Counted from the first letter of the stretch, positions 1-10,793 are shown. The stretch: DNA of 64,000 bases from Chloroflexota bacterium (GCA_963663275.1 OY760183.1:160001-224000), one strand, 5' to 3'. The notes: generated by a model not told the origin, from the letters alone. Numbers and translations are program-made.

Positions 1-279
1 CTAGAAGGGATGATGGTGCAGGGCAGCGCCTTAGATTCCGCGCTCTTAGCGACTCTCCGCTGCGCTCCGTTCGGAATGACGGAAGTGTGCACAGGTCGCG
101 TGCGGGGTCTGGCCCGCGGCGGCGCCGGGTTGATAGCCCGCCGCTTCTCTGGCAAACGGTTAAACCTGCCGCCGGCGGCGCGAAGGCGGACGCGCCTCAC
201 GTCAAAGAGAGTATACTGGGAGTGGCCCCGCGCAGCGGGGCGCGGCGGAGACTAGCGCGCGCACTGAGAGTTGACGCTT

Positions 280-1662
280 ATGCAAAAAGTAGACCTGGCA
301 GTCATCGGCACCGGGCCGGCCGGGCATCGCGCCGCCATCCAGGCGGCCAAGCTGGGCAAGTCGGTGGTAGCAATCGAGGGCCGCCGCTTCGTGGGCGGCA
401 ATCTGGTCAATGCCGGCTCGATTCCCAGCAAGACCTTGCGCCAGGCCGTGCTCTACCTCACCGGCTTCTTCGAGCGCAACATCTACGGCATTACCTACTC
501 GGTTAAAGAGGACATTACCATCAGCGACCTGATGTTGCGCTGCGAGCACGTGATCAAGAATGAGACCGACGTGCTGGAGGTGCAGCTTTCCCGCAACGGC
601 GTCGCGCCCATGTATGGCAGCGCCGAGTTCATCAGTCCCCACCAGGTGGCGGTCACGCTGGAAGGGGGGCGGGTGGAAGAGATCGAAGCGGAATACGTCA
701 TCATCGCCACCGGCAGCCGTCCCGCGCGCACGGCCATGGTGCCGTTCAACGGCAAGACCATCATCGATACCGACGGCGTCTACATGCTCCAGGAATTGCC
801 CAAGCGCCTGGCGATCGTCGGCGCCGGCGTGATTGGCGTGGAATACGCCTGCATCTTCGCCGCCCTGGGCATAGACGTCACGCTCATCGAGCAGCGGGAC
901 GAGATGCTGGAGTTCATAGATGAAGAGATCCGCGAGGCGCTCTCCTACCACATGCGCGAGGCGGGCATCACGTTTCGCTTCCGCGAGGAGGTGGCCGAGG
1001 TGAGCGACGAAGGGCACCGCATCGTGGCCCGCACCCGCAGCCGCAAGACGATCATGGCGGACCACCTGCTCTACGCCGGCGGACGCCAGGGCAACACCGA
1101 TACGCTCAACCTGGCCGCGGCGGGACTGGAAGCCGACAAGCGCGGGCGGCTGCGGGTGAACGAGCGCTTCCAGACCGGCGTGCCCCACATCTACGCCTGC
1201 GGCGACGTGATCGGCTTTCCGGCGCTGGCGGCGTCCTCGATGGAACAAGGGCGGCTGGCCGCGCGCCACGCCTTTGGCGCCGGCGGCTCGTTCAATTCCC
1301 GCCTCTTCCCCTACGGCATCTACACCATTCCCGAAACGTCCATGGTGGGGCGCACGGAGAAGGAACTGAGCGAGGACGGAGTTCCCTACGAAATCGGCGT
1401 GGCCCGCTACCGCGAAATCGCGCGCGGCCAGATCATCGGCGATTCGAACGGCCTGGTGAAACTCCTCATACACGCCGACGAACGCACTATCCTGGGCGTG
1501 CACCTGCTGGGCACCGGCGCGTCGGAATTGGTGCACATCGGCCAGACCGCCATGGCCCTGGGCGGCACGCTGGATTTCTTCGTGGATAACGTCTTCAACT
1601 ACCCCACCCTGGCCGAGTGCTACAAGGTGGCGGCGCTGGACGCCTACAATAAACTCTCGTAA
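280..1662 (+). CDS. sthA: Soluble (Si-specific) pyridine nucleotide transhydrogenase
   Basis: GxGPAG FAD motif, GSIPSKTLR, GAGVIGVEYA NAD motif, C-terminal FNYPTLAECYKVAA; no redox-active Cys pair; ATG at 280 chosen. Confidence 0.88.
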   Translation: MQKVDLAVIGTGPAGHRAAIQAAKLGKSVVAIEGRRFVGGNLVNAGSIPSKTLRQAVLYLTGFFERNIYGITYSVKEDITISDLMLRCEHVIKNETDVLEVQLSRNGVAPMYGSAEFISPHQVAVTLEGGRVEEIEAEYVIIATGSRPARTAMVPFNGKTIIDTDGVYMLQELPKRLAIVGAGVIGVEYACIFAALGIDVTLIEQRDEMLEFIDEEIREALSYHMREAGITFRFREEVAEVSDEGHRIVARTRSRKTIMADHLLYAGGRQGNTDTLNLAAAGLEADKRGRLRVNERFQTGVPHIYACGDVIGFPALAASSMEQGRLAARHAFGAGGSFNSRLFPYGIYTIPETSMVGRTEKELSEDGVPYEIGVARYREIARGQIIGDSNGLVKLLIHADERTILGVHLLGTGASELVHIGQTAMALGGTLDFFVDNVFNYPTLAECYKVAALDAYNKLS

Positions 1663-1811
1663 GGTTTTCCTGCGCTGGCTTTGGTTGGTTGTGTGAGCCG
1701 GGATCCCGGTCGGCAGCGATGAAGTTTCCTCAGATTCTGCCTGGGTAAAGGGGGCGCCAGCCTCCCTGCGGCATGCTAGCCCCTCACCCTAAACCTTTCC
1801 CCCAAGAGAGG

Positions 1812-1960
1812 CTGACAGGGGTATGCATTCAATATCCGACTTCACGTGTCATTTGTATGCCACGTGGACTGTCATTCCGAGCGGAGCGAGGAATCTAGAG
1901 TGCTAATCGTTCGGGACAGCGCCCTAGATTCCTCTCTCCGCTGCGCTCCGCTCGGAATGA
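1812..1960 (+). mobile_element. MITE-A partial copy
   Basis: Left end CTGACAGGGGTA plus the internal GTCATTCCGAGCGGAGCG..GAATCT / AGATTCC..GGAATGAC palindromes seen in the 20069 copy; right TIR missing. Confidence 0.7.
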
Positions 1961-2075
1961 CAGATTTTCGCCCTTGTAAGTCGAGGAGAGGGAACCGGAG
2001 CGTATTAGCTAGTCTGCTGTCCTCCGGGAGTGGGAAGCGAAGCGGTGGTGGGGGGAAGCTGACGCTGGGGGGCGT

Positions 2076-2375
2076 TCAACGGGAAGTAAACGGGGTGTTG
2101 CGCGCCAGGCTGCGGCCAAAGGCGCGGGCGCCGGCCAGGGCGGCGTGGACGCGGGCGGTGGGTTGCACCACGCGCCGGCGGGAAATGGCGTCGGTCTGCG
2201 CCGCGATGACCGCGGCGTGGGCTTGCCCCGCGCGCAGCGCGTCGCGGAGCCCGGCGTTCGCCCGGCGCACCACGCTCGCCAGCAGCAGCGTCAGCACCAG
2301 GATGAGCACGCTGCCCAGCAGCGCCTCCAGGATGAGAATGAGCAGCGCAATGTCGCGCCAGTGGGCCAGGGTCAT
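2076..2375 (-). CDS. Small membrane protein, DUF948-like
   Basis: N-terminal RDIAL plus hydrophobic helix then an amphipathic tail; resembles the 2909 ORF; follows the YtxH gene. Confidence 0.55.
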   Translation of the reverse strand: MTLAHWRDIALLILILEALLGSVLILVLTLLLASVVRRANAGLRDALRAGQAHAAVIAAQTDAISRRRVVQPTARVHAALAGARAFGRSLARNTPFTSR

Positions 2376-2382
2376 GGCAGCC

Positions 2383-2580
2383 TCACTGCTTTGCTTCCTC
2401 GTAGCGGGCCAGCAACTCCTCTTCGGTGGCCTGGGCCGCTTGTTCCGCCTCCTGCTTGGCAACCTCGATCTGGCGGCGAATGTTCTCCCGGAACGCCTCG
2501 CCGCTGCTGGGGGCGAGCAGGCCGCCCAGCAACATGCCCAGCGACATCCCTACGGCAAAGCCGACGGTGAACCCTAACAT
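2383..2580 (-). CDS. YtxH domain-containing protein
   Basis: GxxxG-rich TM followed by LLAPSSGEAFRENIR, the YtxH signature; AAGGAG RBS upstream. Confidence 0.8.
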   Translation of the reverse strand: MLGFTVGFAVGMSLGMLLGGLLAPSSGEAFRENIRRQIEVAKQEAEQAAQATEEELLARYEEAKQ

Positions 2581-2643
2581 GCGCGTATTCTCCTTTGCGG
2601 TAAGCGTGCGGTCGTCGATGATGGACGGTGTGTGCACCGGTCG

Positions 2644-2886
2644 GCGGGGGACTAGCCCCCGCGCTACGTTTTCAATGTCAGCTGCACCGGTCGGCGGGGG
2701 ACGAGCCCCCGCGCTACGTTAGTAACGTCAGTTGCGCCAATCGGCGGGAGACTAGCCCCCGCGCTACAGTTAACCGGTAGGGGCAGGCCTTGTGCCTGCC
2801 CGACCTGAGAGGCGCGGCACTAGCCCCCACGCTACGTTGTTGGTTGCCGTTTGTTCCACCCGGCGGGGGACAAGCCCCCGCGCTAC
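2644..2886 (-). repeat. REP cluster (GTAGCGCGGGGGCTTGTCCCCCGC family), 5 copies, first three at 50-bp period
   Basis: Copies at 2644, 2694, 2744, ~2812 and 2863, plus a GTAGGGGCAGGCCTTGTGCCTGCCC REP at 2777. Confidence 0.85.
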
Positions 2887-2908
2887 ATTGTTGGCTGGGT
2901 GCGCGCGG

Positions 2909-3208
2909 CTAGCGTTTCTGTATGCGCGCCACCGTGCCGGCCAGCGCGCGGGCGAAGCGGATGACGCCAACGGTCTTGCCCGCGGCCTTGGCGGTGGGGC
3001 GCACCACGGCCTCGCTGACGAACTGCGTGGTGCCCTTCACCGTATTGCTCGTCTCGACCAGCGAGCGCAGCAGCGGCTGAATCTCCTGCTGGAGCGTGCC
3101 GGTGAGGCGCAGCACCGCCAGGACCAGCATGAGGAGCGAAAAGCCCATGAGCAGGGAGATGATCGCCAGTACGATGACCGCTATGTCGCGTATCTCACTC
3201 AGTCCCAA
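2909..3208 (-). CDS. Small membrane protein, DUF948-like
   Basis: EIRDIAVIVLAII TM helix followed by a coiled region (ETSNTVKGTTQFVSEAVVRP); start uncertain. Confidence 0.6.
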   Translation of the reverse strand: MGLSEIRDIAVIVLAIISLLMGFSLLMLVLAVLRLTGTLQQEIQPLLRSLVETSNTVKGTTQFVSEAVVRPTAKAAGKTVGVIRFARALAGTVARIQKR

Positions 3209-3450
3209 TGCCGCAATCCTTTCGTGTCTTGGCGGAATCCGCTTGAGCCGGCGGAGCACTTTTCTGCCCGCTCCGCCCTCAGTCTAACCCTCACCCTAAC
3301 CCTCTCCCTCAGGGAGAGGGGACAAGAGCCGGCGCCGTGCCGCGCTGTCTGCCGCGTTGCCTGCCATGTTGTCCGTCGTGTTGCCTCTCGTATTCATCCG
3401 GCAACGGTATGGTTCATCCAGCGACGGTACTGTTGATCCACGTTGCGCAT

Positions 3451-5898
3451 TCACTCCGGTTGTGCGCGGGCGGGGCTTTTGCGGCGCAGGAAGGGGATGA
3501 GCCGCCGGCCGCCCAGGCGCGCGCCCCGGCGGTAGAGCCGCCAGCGCACCCGGCCCCACGCCTTCAGCACCGCGTCCTTCTGCTGGGGCGAAATCCCTTC
3601 CGCGCTATAGAGCGATTCCGCGTAGGTGGCGCAGATCGCCTGCACCGCGATAGTGGGAAAGCGCGCGTCGCCGGCCGTGCGCAGGCCGTGCAGCAGGCGG
3701 TCGGCGTACTCGTCCGGCGTAATGGCCGTGGTGGCCGGCACGCCGGCGATCCGGCCGGCGCGCACCAGCTTGCGGTAGACGTGCCGCACCATCTGATGCG
3801 GGGTCATGCGCTTCTCCTGGATGAAATTATACGCGAACCAGCCGACGCCAATCACGAGCAGCACCGCCAGCAGCGGGCGCAGGTCGGGTATCTCCGGCAC
3901 GTCCACGCCGAGGATGTTCGTGCCCGGCACCGTGCCGCCCACAACGCCCGCAACGCCGGCGGACAGGAGTTCGTCCTCGCCAAGCTCATCGTAGAACTCA
4001 TCGAGTTCCGGGTTGGACGAGCCGCTGATCTCGGCGGCCAGAATGCCCCGGTCGATGGGCGTCTGGTTGGGACTGGGCTCGAACGGAATCCAGCCCAGGC
4101 CCGCAAAGTAGACCTCCGGCCAGGTGTGCGCCTGCTTCTCGGTCACCACGAAGCGGCGCTGCGCCACGTCGTAGCGGCCCGTGGCAAAACCCACGGCCAG
4201 GCGCGCCGGCACGCCCACCGTGCGCAGCATCACCACCATGGTGCTGGCGTAGTAGTCCGCGTAGCCGCGCTTGGCCTCGAAGAGGAAGTAGTCCACCGCG
4301 TCTTTGTCGGCGGGCGGCGGCGGGATGGAAATCGAGTAGGGGATGCGCCGCAGGAAGAGTTCGATCGCCAACGTCTTCTCATACTGCGTCTCTTTGCCCC
4401 GCACCACGGTCTTCGTCAGGTCCACCACGCGCTGCGGCAGCTTGGGCGCTTGCAGGTAGCGCCGGATTTCCGCGGGCACGTCGCCCTGGGCGTTCAGCAG
4501 TTGGTCCTCGGTAGCAGTGGTGACCAGGCTCTCCAGCGTGTATTCCAGATCCGGCACCGCCACGCGCCGGGCGCGCAAGAGGTCGTAGTCCAGCGGCGCG
4601 TCCGCGGACGCCACCTGCACGCGGTAGGGGATGCTGATGCTGGTGGGGAAGTCCGGCGCGAACACGATGTCGCTGGGGCTGTCCACGATGCGGAAGGTGA
4701 ACGTGGCCGGACGGCGGTAGCTCACCGGCGGCGGCGGAATCGGCTCCTCGTCGGCGCGGCGGTCCAGCAGCGTGCCGCTGGTGTTGTACCAGGTGTAGCC
4801 GGTATAGGCGTCGAAGGTGGCCCCGCGCCAGTAGCCGTTGAAGTTGCGCTCGTCGGTCGTCACGTACATGCGGTACGGTTGGCTGAAGCGCCGGGGCCCG
4901 CTGAAGAGGCGGTTGTCGGAGCCGAGAATCAGGCCCACGCCGCTGGGATTCTGGATGCCGGAGAAGAGTCGCTTCGTGGTGTTGTCGATTTCGGCCCACT
5001 CGCCGCCGAAGACGGTCCAGAACGTCTCCGAAATCGGATTGCTGCCCACCCGGGGCGCCATGGTTGCCGTGAACGTGAGCGCCGTAGTCAGGAGCACACT
5101 GGCAATCAACACGTCCAGGCCCACCTCGGTGGCGTAGTCCAGCTTGCGCGATTCCCAGCGCTTGTGCAGCGCGTGCAGATTGAGGCGCACCATCAGCAGG
5201 AGCGTGGCGGCCAGGAAGAGCACGAACGGCCAGCGCCCCTGGCCGGAGTAGGCCAGGTTGATCACCATGGCTACGCCGGGCACCAGCGCGGCGATGAGCA
5301 CGTCGTTGTGGCGGAAGAAGCCCCACGTGGCCACGTAGCCGATGGCCCAGCCCACCAGCGTGATCCAGAAGACGAACACGCCGTTGTCTTCGGAGTAGGT
5401 GCCGCGCAGGCCGGCGCGGGTCCAATCGCCCAAGCGGACGCCAAAGTCGCTGGCGTTCGTGACGAAGGTCGCGATCGCGTCGGCCGGCGGTATCGGCTGC
5501 GGCAGACCGCTGCCGCCGAGCAGGCCGGCCACGGCGCCCAGAATCCAGGTGAGCGTATTCAGGATCAGCGCCAGGGCGTCCTGGAAGATGCGGTCTACCG
5601 GCGGCAGGGCTTCGCTCACCAGCAGGAAGCAGTAGACGATGCCGATGGCGGCCCCAAGCAGCCAGCCCTTGCGCGTGCCCCAACGGGTGTGCGCCGCCAG
5701 AAAGCCCACGGCCAGGCCGAGCATCGACGTGGAAAAGATGGCGTCGGTGCCGGTGGCCCAGCCCGATTGATGGATTGCCCACGAGCTTACCAGCGTCATC
5801 GCGGCCAGCAGAAGCAGGGTGACCCAGTGCCGGAGCAGCGTTTCCAGCAAATTCGGCTGGTCCTCAGCGGCGGCATCGGTGTAGATCGAGTTCGCCAT
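3451..5898 (-). CDS. Membrane transglutaminase-like (TgpA/DUF3488-type) protein
   Basis: Multiple N-terminal TMs; DYFLFEAKRGYADYYASTMVVMLRTVGVPARLAVGF, HTWPEVYF and GWIPFEP transglutaminase-core motifs; adjacent to DUF58 gene. Confidence 0.85.
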   Translation of the reverse strand: MANSIYTDAAAEDQPNLLETLLRHWVTLLLLAAMTLVSSWAIHQSGWATGTDAIFSTSMLGLAVGFLAAHTRWGTRKGWLLGAAIGIVYCFLLVSEALPPVDRIFQDALALILNTLTWILGAVAGLLGGSGLPQPIPPADAIATFVTNASDFGVRLGDWTRAGLRGTYSEDNGVFVFWITLVGWAIGYVATWGFFRHNDVLIAALVPGVAMVINLAYSGQGRWPFVLFLAATLLLMVRLNLHALHKRWESRKLDYATEVGLDVLIASVLLTTALTFTATMAPRVGSNPISETFWTVFGGEWAEIDNTTKRLFSGIQNPSGVGLILGSDNRLFSGPRRFSQPYRMYVTTDERNFNGYWRGATFDAYTGYTWYNTSGTLLDRRADEEPIPPPPVSYRRPATFTFRIVDSPSDIVFAPDFPTSISIPYRVQVASADAPLDYDLLRARRVAVPDLEYTLESLVTTATEDQLLNAQGDVPAEIRRYLQAPKLPQRVVDLTKTVVRGKETQYEKTLAIELFLRRIPYSISIPPPPADKDAVDYFLFEAKRGYADYYASTMVVMLRTVGVPARLAVGFATGRYDVAQRRFVVTEKQAHTWPEVYFAGLGWIPFEPSPNQTPIDRGILAAEISGSSNPELDEFYDELGEDELLSAGVAGVVGGTVPGTNILGVDVPEIPDLRPLLAVLLVIGVGWFAYNFIQEKRMTPHQMVRHVYRKLVRAGRIAGVPATTAITPDEYADRLLHGLRTAGDARFPTIAVQAICATYAESLYSAEGISPQQKDAVLKAWGRVRWRLYRRGARLGGRRLIPFLRRKSPARAQPE

Positions 5899-5902
5899 GG
5901 CT

Positions 5903-7213
5903 CTAGCCCACGCCTATTTCATGGATGCGGCTCGTTGCCGTGGTCTCCACGGTCTGCGCGCGCCGCCGGACGTCTTCATCGCCCTTCTCCAGGATGATGG
6001 TGCGGAACTCCTGGCCGCGCTCGATTTCGATGTAGGAGATGCCGGCTGCGCCCAGCGCCTGCTGCAAGGGCGCGCTGTTGCGGTCGGCCCCAAACGTCTG
6101 CGGCGCCAGGTGAAGCACCGTGGGCCGGATGCCCCGGCGCGAGACGTTGACCAGGATCGGCGCCCAGGCCGGGTCGGTGTTCGGCGTGATTACGATCAGG
6201 CTCATGCTGCCGCGAATCTGCGGCGCGACCTCGGACAGCACGTCGCCCAGGCGCGCCGCGCCTTGGGCGCGCACCACCGCCAGTATCTCCATGATGCGCC
6301 ACATGTGCTGGCTGCCGCGATTGGCGCGCAAGAGGCGGCGCTCCTCGCCATAGGTGATCAGCCCGATCGACTTCTGCTCGCGGATCAGGCGGTAGACCAA
6401 CGCCGCCGCCAGCTTGACGCCGTATTCCTCCGTGGACTCTTCCTCGGCGCCGGCCTGGGCGGCCTGGTCCAGGTCCAGCAAGATCCAGGTGCTGCCGCCG
6501 GGCTCCATGTCGAACTCTTTGGTTTGCAAGCGGCCGCGCCGGGCGGTGGTGGGCCAGTGGATGATGTGCAGCGCGTCGCCGGGCACGAACTCGCGCACGC
6601 TGGCCGCGTCGGTTGTCAGGTGCAAGGCCCGCCGCGAGGAGCGCGATTCGCCGCTCTGGCGGCCGGTGGGCAGGGCCAGCCCCGGCACTTCCGTGATGGG
6701 CGGGTAGACCAGAAAAGTGGCTTGGTCGGGCAGTTCCTTGGTGGCGCGGAAGATGCCGAACGGGTCGCCGGTGTAGACGCGCAAGGGGCCCAGGCGATAG
6801 AGGCCGCGCCGGCTGCACACGGCCCGCGACTTCCATTCGCGGTGCTCCCGCGGCCCCAGCCCGGTGACCATGCCGGCCTGGTAGCCGGGCACGTCCGAGT
6901 GGTCGTTCACTTCCACCCACAGCACCGGCAGCGCGCCGGCGTTGCTCACCCGAAAGTTCTCCACGATCTCATCGCCCAGCGTCGCCCACTTGGAGAGCAG
7001 ATGCCGTTCCACCGAGAGATTGCGGATGTTGCGGGTGGTCCAGAAATAGCTGATGGCAATGAGCCCCAGCATGGCATAGAGGAACGAATAGAGCACGTTG
7101 ATGCCGGAGATGAGCGCCAGCACCAGGATGCCGGCGGCAAGCACGATGATGAACGGCCGCTCCAGTTGGACCTGAACGTTGCCGCGCTCCGCTTGACGAT
7201 CGGTTTCCTGCAT
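5903..7213 (-). CDS. DUF58 domain-containing protein
   Basis: GDPFGIF and VREFVPGDALHIIHWPTTAR signatures; typical partner of transglutaminase-like genes. Confidence 0.88.
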   Translation of the reverse strand: MQETDRQAERGNVQVQLERPFIIVLAAGILVLALISGINVLYSFLYAMLGLIAISYFWTTRNIRNLSVERHLLSKWATLGDEIVENFRVSNAGALPVLWVEVNDHSDVPGYQAGMVTGLGPREHREWKSRAVCSRRGLYRLGPLRVYTGDPFGIFRATKELPDQATFLVYPPITEVPGLALPTGRQSGESRSSRRALHLTTDAASVREFVPGDALHIIHWPTTARRGRLQTKEFDMEPGGSTWILLDLDQAAQAGAEEESTEEYGVKLAAALVYRLIREQKSIGLITYGEERRLLRANRGSQHMWRIMEILAVVRAQGAARLGDVLSEVAPQIRGSMSLIVITPNTDPAWAPILVNVSRRGIRPTVLHLAPQTFGADRNSAPLQQALGAAGISYIEIERGQEFRTIILEKGDEDVRRRAQTVETTATSRIHEIGVG

Positions 7214-7656
7214 CCGTCGCCCGCCTTTCGTGCCAGGTGTGGCCGCGTGTCGCGCCACGCGCAGCCGCCTCTCGCGCCTGGTGTGGCCGCCCCTTGTGCC
7301 AGGTGCGTCCGTGTCCCGTGCCAGGTGTCGCCGCGTCCCGCGCCCTTCACCCCACTATACCGCAAGTACCGGCGGGTCGCATGGCCTTGCGGCCAATTGC
7401 CGGAAGCGCGCTCAGGCTCCCTCTCCCAGGGGGCGACCGTCCGGTGTAGGGGCACGACATGTCGTGCCCCTACACCGGACGGCGCCAATGGCCGGCCGCT
7501 CCCGCGCGTTCGATACGGGCGGCGTCCCTGTGCTACCATTTAGACATCAGGCGCGCCCGGCCGCGGGGGCGCGGCCTACCGGCAGGTAAGGAATCATGCG
7601 GGTACTTTTGGCGCGCCGGCGCGCGGCGCGAACGGCGTCAGAAAGGACGTGGAGAG

Positions 7657-8937
7657 GTGGCCGACCTGGTCTCGGACAACGCGGACGACGTGCCGACCGG
7701 ACTCGAATCTATCGCCCGGCAAGACCCGGCGGTCTACGGCTGGATTCGCAAGGAACATCAGCGGCAGGAAGACCACCTGGAGTTGATCGCATCCGAAAAC
7801 TACACCAGCGCGGCGGTGCGCGCGGCGTGCGGCTCGATTCTCACCAACAAATACGCCGAGGGCTACCCGGGGCGGCGCTACTACGGCGGCTGCGAATACG
7901 TGGATGAGATCGAGCAACTGGCAATCGACCGGGCCAAGGCGCTTTTCGGCGCGGAACACGCCAACGTGCAGCCCTATTCCGGCTCCAACCCCAACGCGGC
8001 GGTCTACCTGGCCATGCTCCAGCCGGGCGCGACGGTGATGGGCATGTCGCTGGCCCAGGGCGGGCACCTGACCCACGGACACCCCAAGAATTTTTCCGGC
8101 CTCGTCTACAACTTCGTGCCCTACGGCGTGAATCTGGATACGGAACGCATCGACTACGACGAGGTGGAGCGCATCGCCCACGAGTGCAAGCCGCGCCTGA
8201 TCGTCGGCGGCGCCACGGCCTACGCGCGCACCATCGACTTCGCCCGCTTGCGCCGGATTGCCGACGCCGTGGACGCGCTCTTCCTGGTGGACATGGCGCA
8301 CATCGCGGGACTGGTGGCCGCGGGCCTGCATCCCAGCCCCGTGCCCCACGCGCACTTCGTGACCTCATCCACCCACAAGACCCTGCGCGGGCCGCGCGGC
8401 GGGCTGATCCTGTGCAAGGAAGAATTCGCCAAGCAGGTGGACGGCGCCGTCTTTCCCGGCCTCCAGGGCGGCCCGTTCATGCACATCATGGCCGGCAAGG
8501 CGGTGGCGTTCGCGGAGGCGATGACGCCGGATTTCAGGGCCTATAGCCAGGCGGTGGTGCACAACGCCCACGCGCTGGCGGAGACCCTGATGGAGCACGG
8601 CCTGCGCGTGGTCTCCGGCGGCACGGATAACCACCTGATGCTGGTGGACTTCGGCAAGGAAGGGCCTTCCGGCAAGGTGGTGGAAGCGGCGCTGGCCAAG
8701 GCGAACATCACCGTGAACAAGAACACGGTGCCCCGGGAGACCCGCTCGCCGTTCGTCACCAGCGGCATTCGCGTTGGCTCGCCGGCGGTCACTACGCGGG
8801 GCATGGGCGCGCCGGAGATGCGACGCATCGGCGCCGGCATCGCCGAGGCCGTGCGCAACCGCAAGGACAAGGCCGCCCTGCAACGGGTGCGGCAGGACGT
8901 GCTCGACCTCTGCGCCGCCTTCCCGGCGCCGGACTAG
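7657..8937 (+). CDS. glyA: Serine hydroxymethyltransferase
   Basis: [22 protein letters not shown] and [12 protein letters not shown] (PLP lysine); GTG start inferred. Confidence 0.97.
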   Translation: MADLVSDNADDVPTGLESIARQDPAVYGWIRKEHQRQEDHLELIASENYTSAAVRAACGSILTNKYAEGYPGRRYYGGCEYVDEIEQLAIDRAKALFGAEHANVQPYSGSNPNAAVYLAMLQPGATVMGMSLAQGGHLTHGHPKNFSGLVYNFVPYGVNLDTERIDYDEVERIAHECKPRLIVGGATAYARTIDFARLRRIADAVDALFLVDMAHIAGLVAAGLHPSPVPHAHFVTSSTHKTLRGPRGGLILCKEEFAKQVDGAVFPGLQGGPFMHIMAGKAVAFAEAMTPDFRAYSQAVVHNAHALAETLMEHGLRVVSGGTDNHLMLVDFGKEGPSGKVVEAALAKANITVNKNTVPRETRSPFVTSGIRVGSPAVTTRGMGAPEMRRIGAGIAEAVRNRKDKAALQRVRQDVLDLCAAFPAPD

Positions 8938-8949
8938 GGCGCGCGGCGC

Positions 8950-9705
8950 TTACTCCGCAGGCGGTTCGCCGTCTTTCAGGCGGGCGTCCCGCGCGCGGCG
9001 GACGTGGAAGAGCAGCAGCGAACCGGCCACGGCGGCGTTGAGGGAGGCCACCTTGCCGGCCATGGGGATGCGCACGCGGTAGTCGCACGCCCGCCGCACC
9101 ACCGGCCGCAGGCCCTTCTCCTCGCTGCCCACCACCACCGCCAGCGGCCAATCGTAGTCCGGCGCGTCATAGGGCGTCTCGCCCTCCGGGTCGAGGCCCA
9201 CCACCCACACGCCGCGTTCCTTGTACCAGGCAAGGGTGCGCGCCAGGTTCGTCACGCCGCAGAGCGCCAGATGCTCCACCGCGCCGCTGGACGCCCGGGC
9301 GACGGCGGCGGTCACGCCCGCGCTGCGGTCTTTGGGCAGCGCCACGCCGTGCACGCCCACGGCTTCCGCCGTGCGCAGCAGCGCGCCGAGATTCTGCGGG
9401 TCTTGCAGGTGGTCCAGCGCCAACAGGAATGGGAGTTGCCCCCGCCGCTCCGCCAGCGACAGGGGATAGTCCAGCGGGCGCAGCGCGCGCTCGGGAAAGC
9501 GCGCGGCGACGTTCTGGTGGCGGCCGCTGCGGCAGAGCGCGCCCAACTCCTGCCGCGTGACCGTTTGCGCCGTCGTTCCGCCCGCCCGCGCCAGCCGGAC
9601 GATTTCACCCATGCCTTTCGCGCCCGCCGCGACCCACAGGGCCTCCGGCACGCGCCCGGCGCGCAACGCCTCCCGTACGGGATGGAAACCGAAGAGCAAT
9701 TCCAC
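8950..9705 (-). CDS. rlmB: 23S rRNA Gm2251 2'-O-methyltransferase (TrmH/SpoU family)
   Basis: LDHLQDPQNLGALLRTA, GSEEKGL and SLNAAVA SPOUT motifs. Confidence 0.9.
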   Translation of the reverse strand: MELLFGFHPVREALRAGRVPEALWVAAGAKGMGEIVRLARAGGTTAQTVTRQELGALCRSGRHQNVAARFPERALRPLDYPLSLAERRGQLPFLLALDHLQDPQNLGALLRTAEAVGVHGVALPKDRSAGVTAAVARASSGAVEHLALCGVTNLARTLAWYKERGVWVVGLDPEGETPYDAPDYDWPLAVVVGSEEKGLRPVVRRACDYRVRIPMAGKVASLNAAVAGSLLLFHVRRARDARLKDGEPPAE

Positions 9706-9995
9706 ACGAAAGTCCTTAGGCGTTTCTCATGCTTGCGTCACGGCATAGTATAGAATGAGAGAACGAGCCCGGCTACGCAGGCGCTGTGCCGGGCCTCTTG
9801 CTTGTCACTCTGAACGGAGTGAAGAGTCTCGGCCAGTTACCGGTAGGCCACGTTGTTGCCGGGCGAGAAACCTGGATTCCTCGCTGCGCTCGGAATGACA
9901 GCCGTGCGCGACATAGTGACAGTCGCGCGCGGCATAGTGACGGTCGCGCGCAACACACTAGTGGCATCCGGCCGGGCCGCGCGGAGAGAGACCCG

Positions 9996-10793
9996 ATGAT
10001 CATCGACGTCCACGTGCACATCCGCTCGGAAGCGATGCTCGCCCGCGCGCTGCGCCAGGCGGCGCAACTGGACATGATACTCTGCCTGAACAGCATCAAT
10101 CTGGAGGGCAGCAGTTCGCCCAACTTTCCGTCGCGGCGGTTCGTCTCACGCTGCAACAACCGCACGGCGGCGGTGGCCGCCGCCCACCCGGAGCGCGTCA
10201 TTCCCATGTGGTACCTCAATCCCGCCCACGGCCAATTTGCGGTGGATGAGTTGGAACGGCGGGTTGAGGAACATCGCGGCCCGCAGGGGGTCAAGCTCTG
10301 GACGGCGGTCAAGGCCAACGACCCGCGCGCGGACGGCATCTTCGCGGTCTGCGCCGACCGCCGGCTGCCGGTGCTCCAACACACGTGGCTGGAGGTGACC
10401 GGCAACCTCCCCGGCGAGACCGATCCGTGGGACATGCGCGCCGCCGCCCTACGGCATCCCAACGTGCCCTTCTTCTGGGGGCACGCCAGCGGCGACGTGG
10501 AATACACGGTCAAGCTGGCGGGCGGCCTGCCGAACGTGTATCTGGACATCGGCGGCTGCGAGGCGACCAACGGCTACACGGAGATGCTGGTGAAATACGT
10601 CGGCGCGGAGCACATCGTGCAAGGCAGCGACGGCACCGGCCGCTCTTTCACCTCGCAGTTGGCCAAAGTGTACGCGGCGGACATAGCGCCGGCGGAAAAA
10701 GAGCGGATTCTCTACAAGAACGCCCAGGCCCTCTTCGCGCGGCAGACCTACGGCGATGAGGCTTCCCCTCACCCCCAGGAGACCTTTGCATAA
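9996..10793 (+). CDS. Amidohydrolase_2 family metallohydrolase
   Basis: MIIDVHVH metal motif, VKL, LQH, GH and GSD motifs; the last codons and stop come from a MITE-B end. Confidence 0.8.
   Translation: MIIDVHVHIRSEAMLARALRQAAQLDMILCLNSINLEGSSSPNFPSRRFVSRCNNRTAAVAAAHPERVIPMWYLNPAHGQFAVDELERRVEEHRGPQGVKLWTAVKANDPRADGIFAVCADRRLPVLQHTWLEVTGNLPGETDPWDMRAAALRHPNVPFFWGHASGDVEYTVKLAGGLPNVYLDIGGCEATNGYTEMLVKYVGAEHIVQGSDGTGRSFTSQLAKVYAADIAPAEKERILYKNAQALFARQTYGDEASPHPQETFA

Noticed and set aside
1846-2577. 243-aa plus-strand ORF and similar ORFs containing CHSERSEES or DSSLRCAPLGMT
   Set aside because: Translations of MITE/REP sequence and antisense frames, not real genes
2644-2886. CRISPR-like regular repeats at 50-bp period
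   Set aside because: Spacers resemble each other, the repeat is a dispersed GTAG REP, and no cas genes are in the window
3337-7543. Long plus-strand ORFs (886 and 548 aa)
   Set aside because: Antisense shadows of the transglutaminase-like and DUF58 genes, expected at high GC
7500-7656. Possible riboswitch upstream of glyA
   Set aside because: GC-rich hairpins are present but I could not match ZTP, THF or glycine riboswitch consensus; an Rfam search is needed
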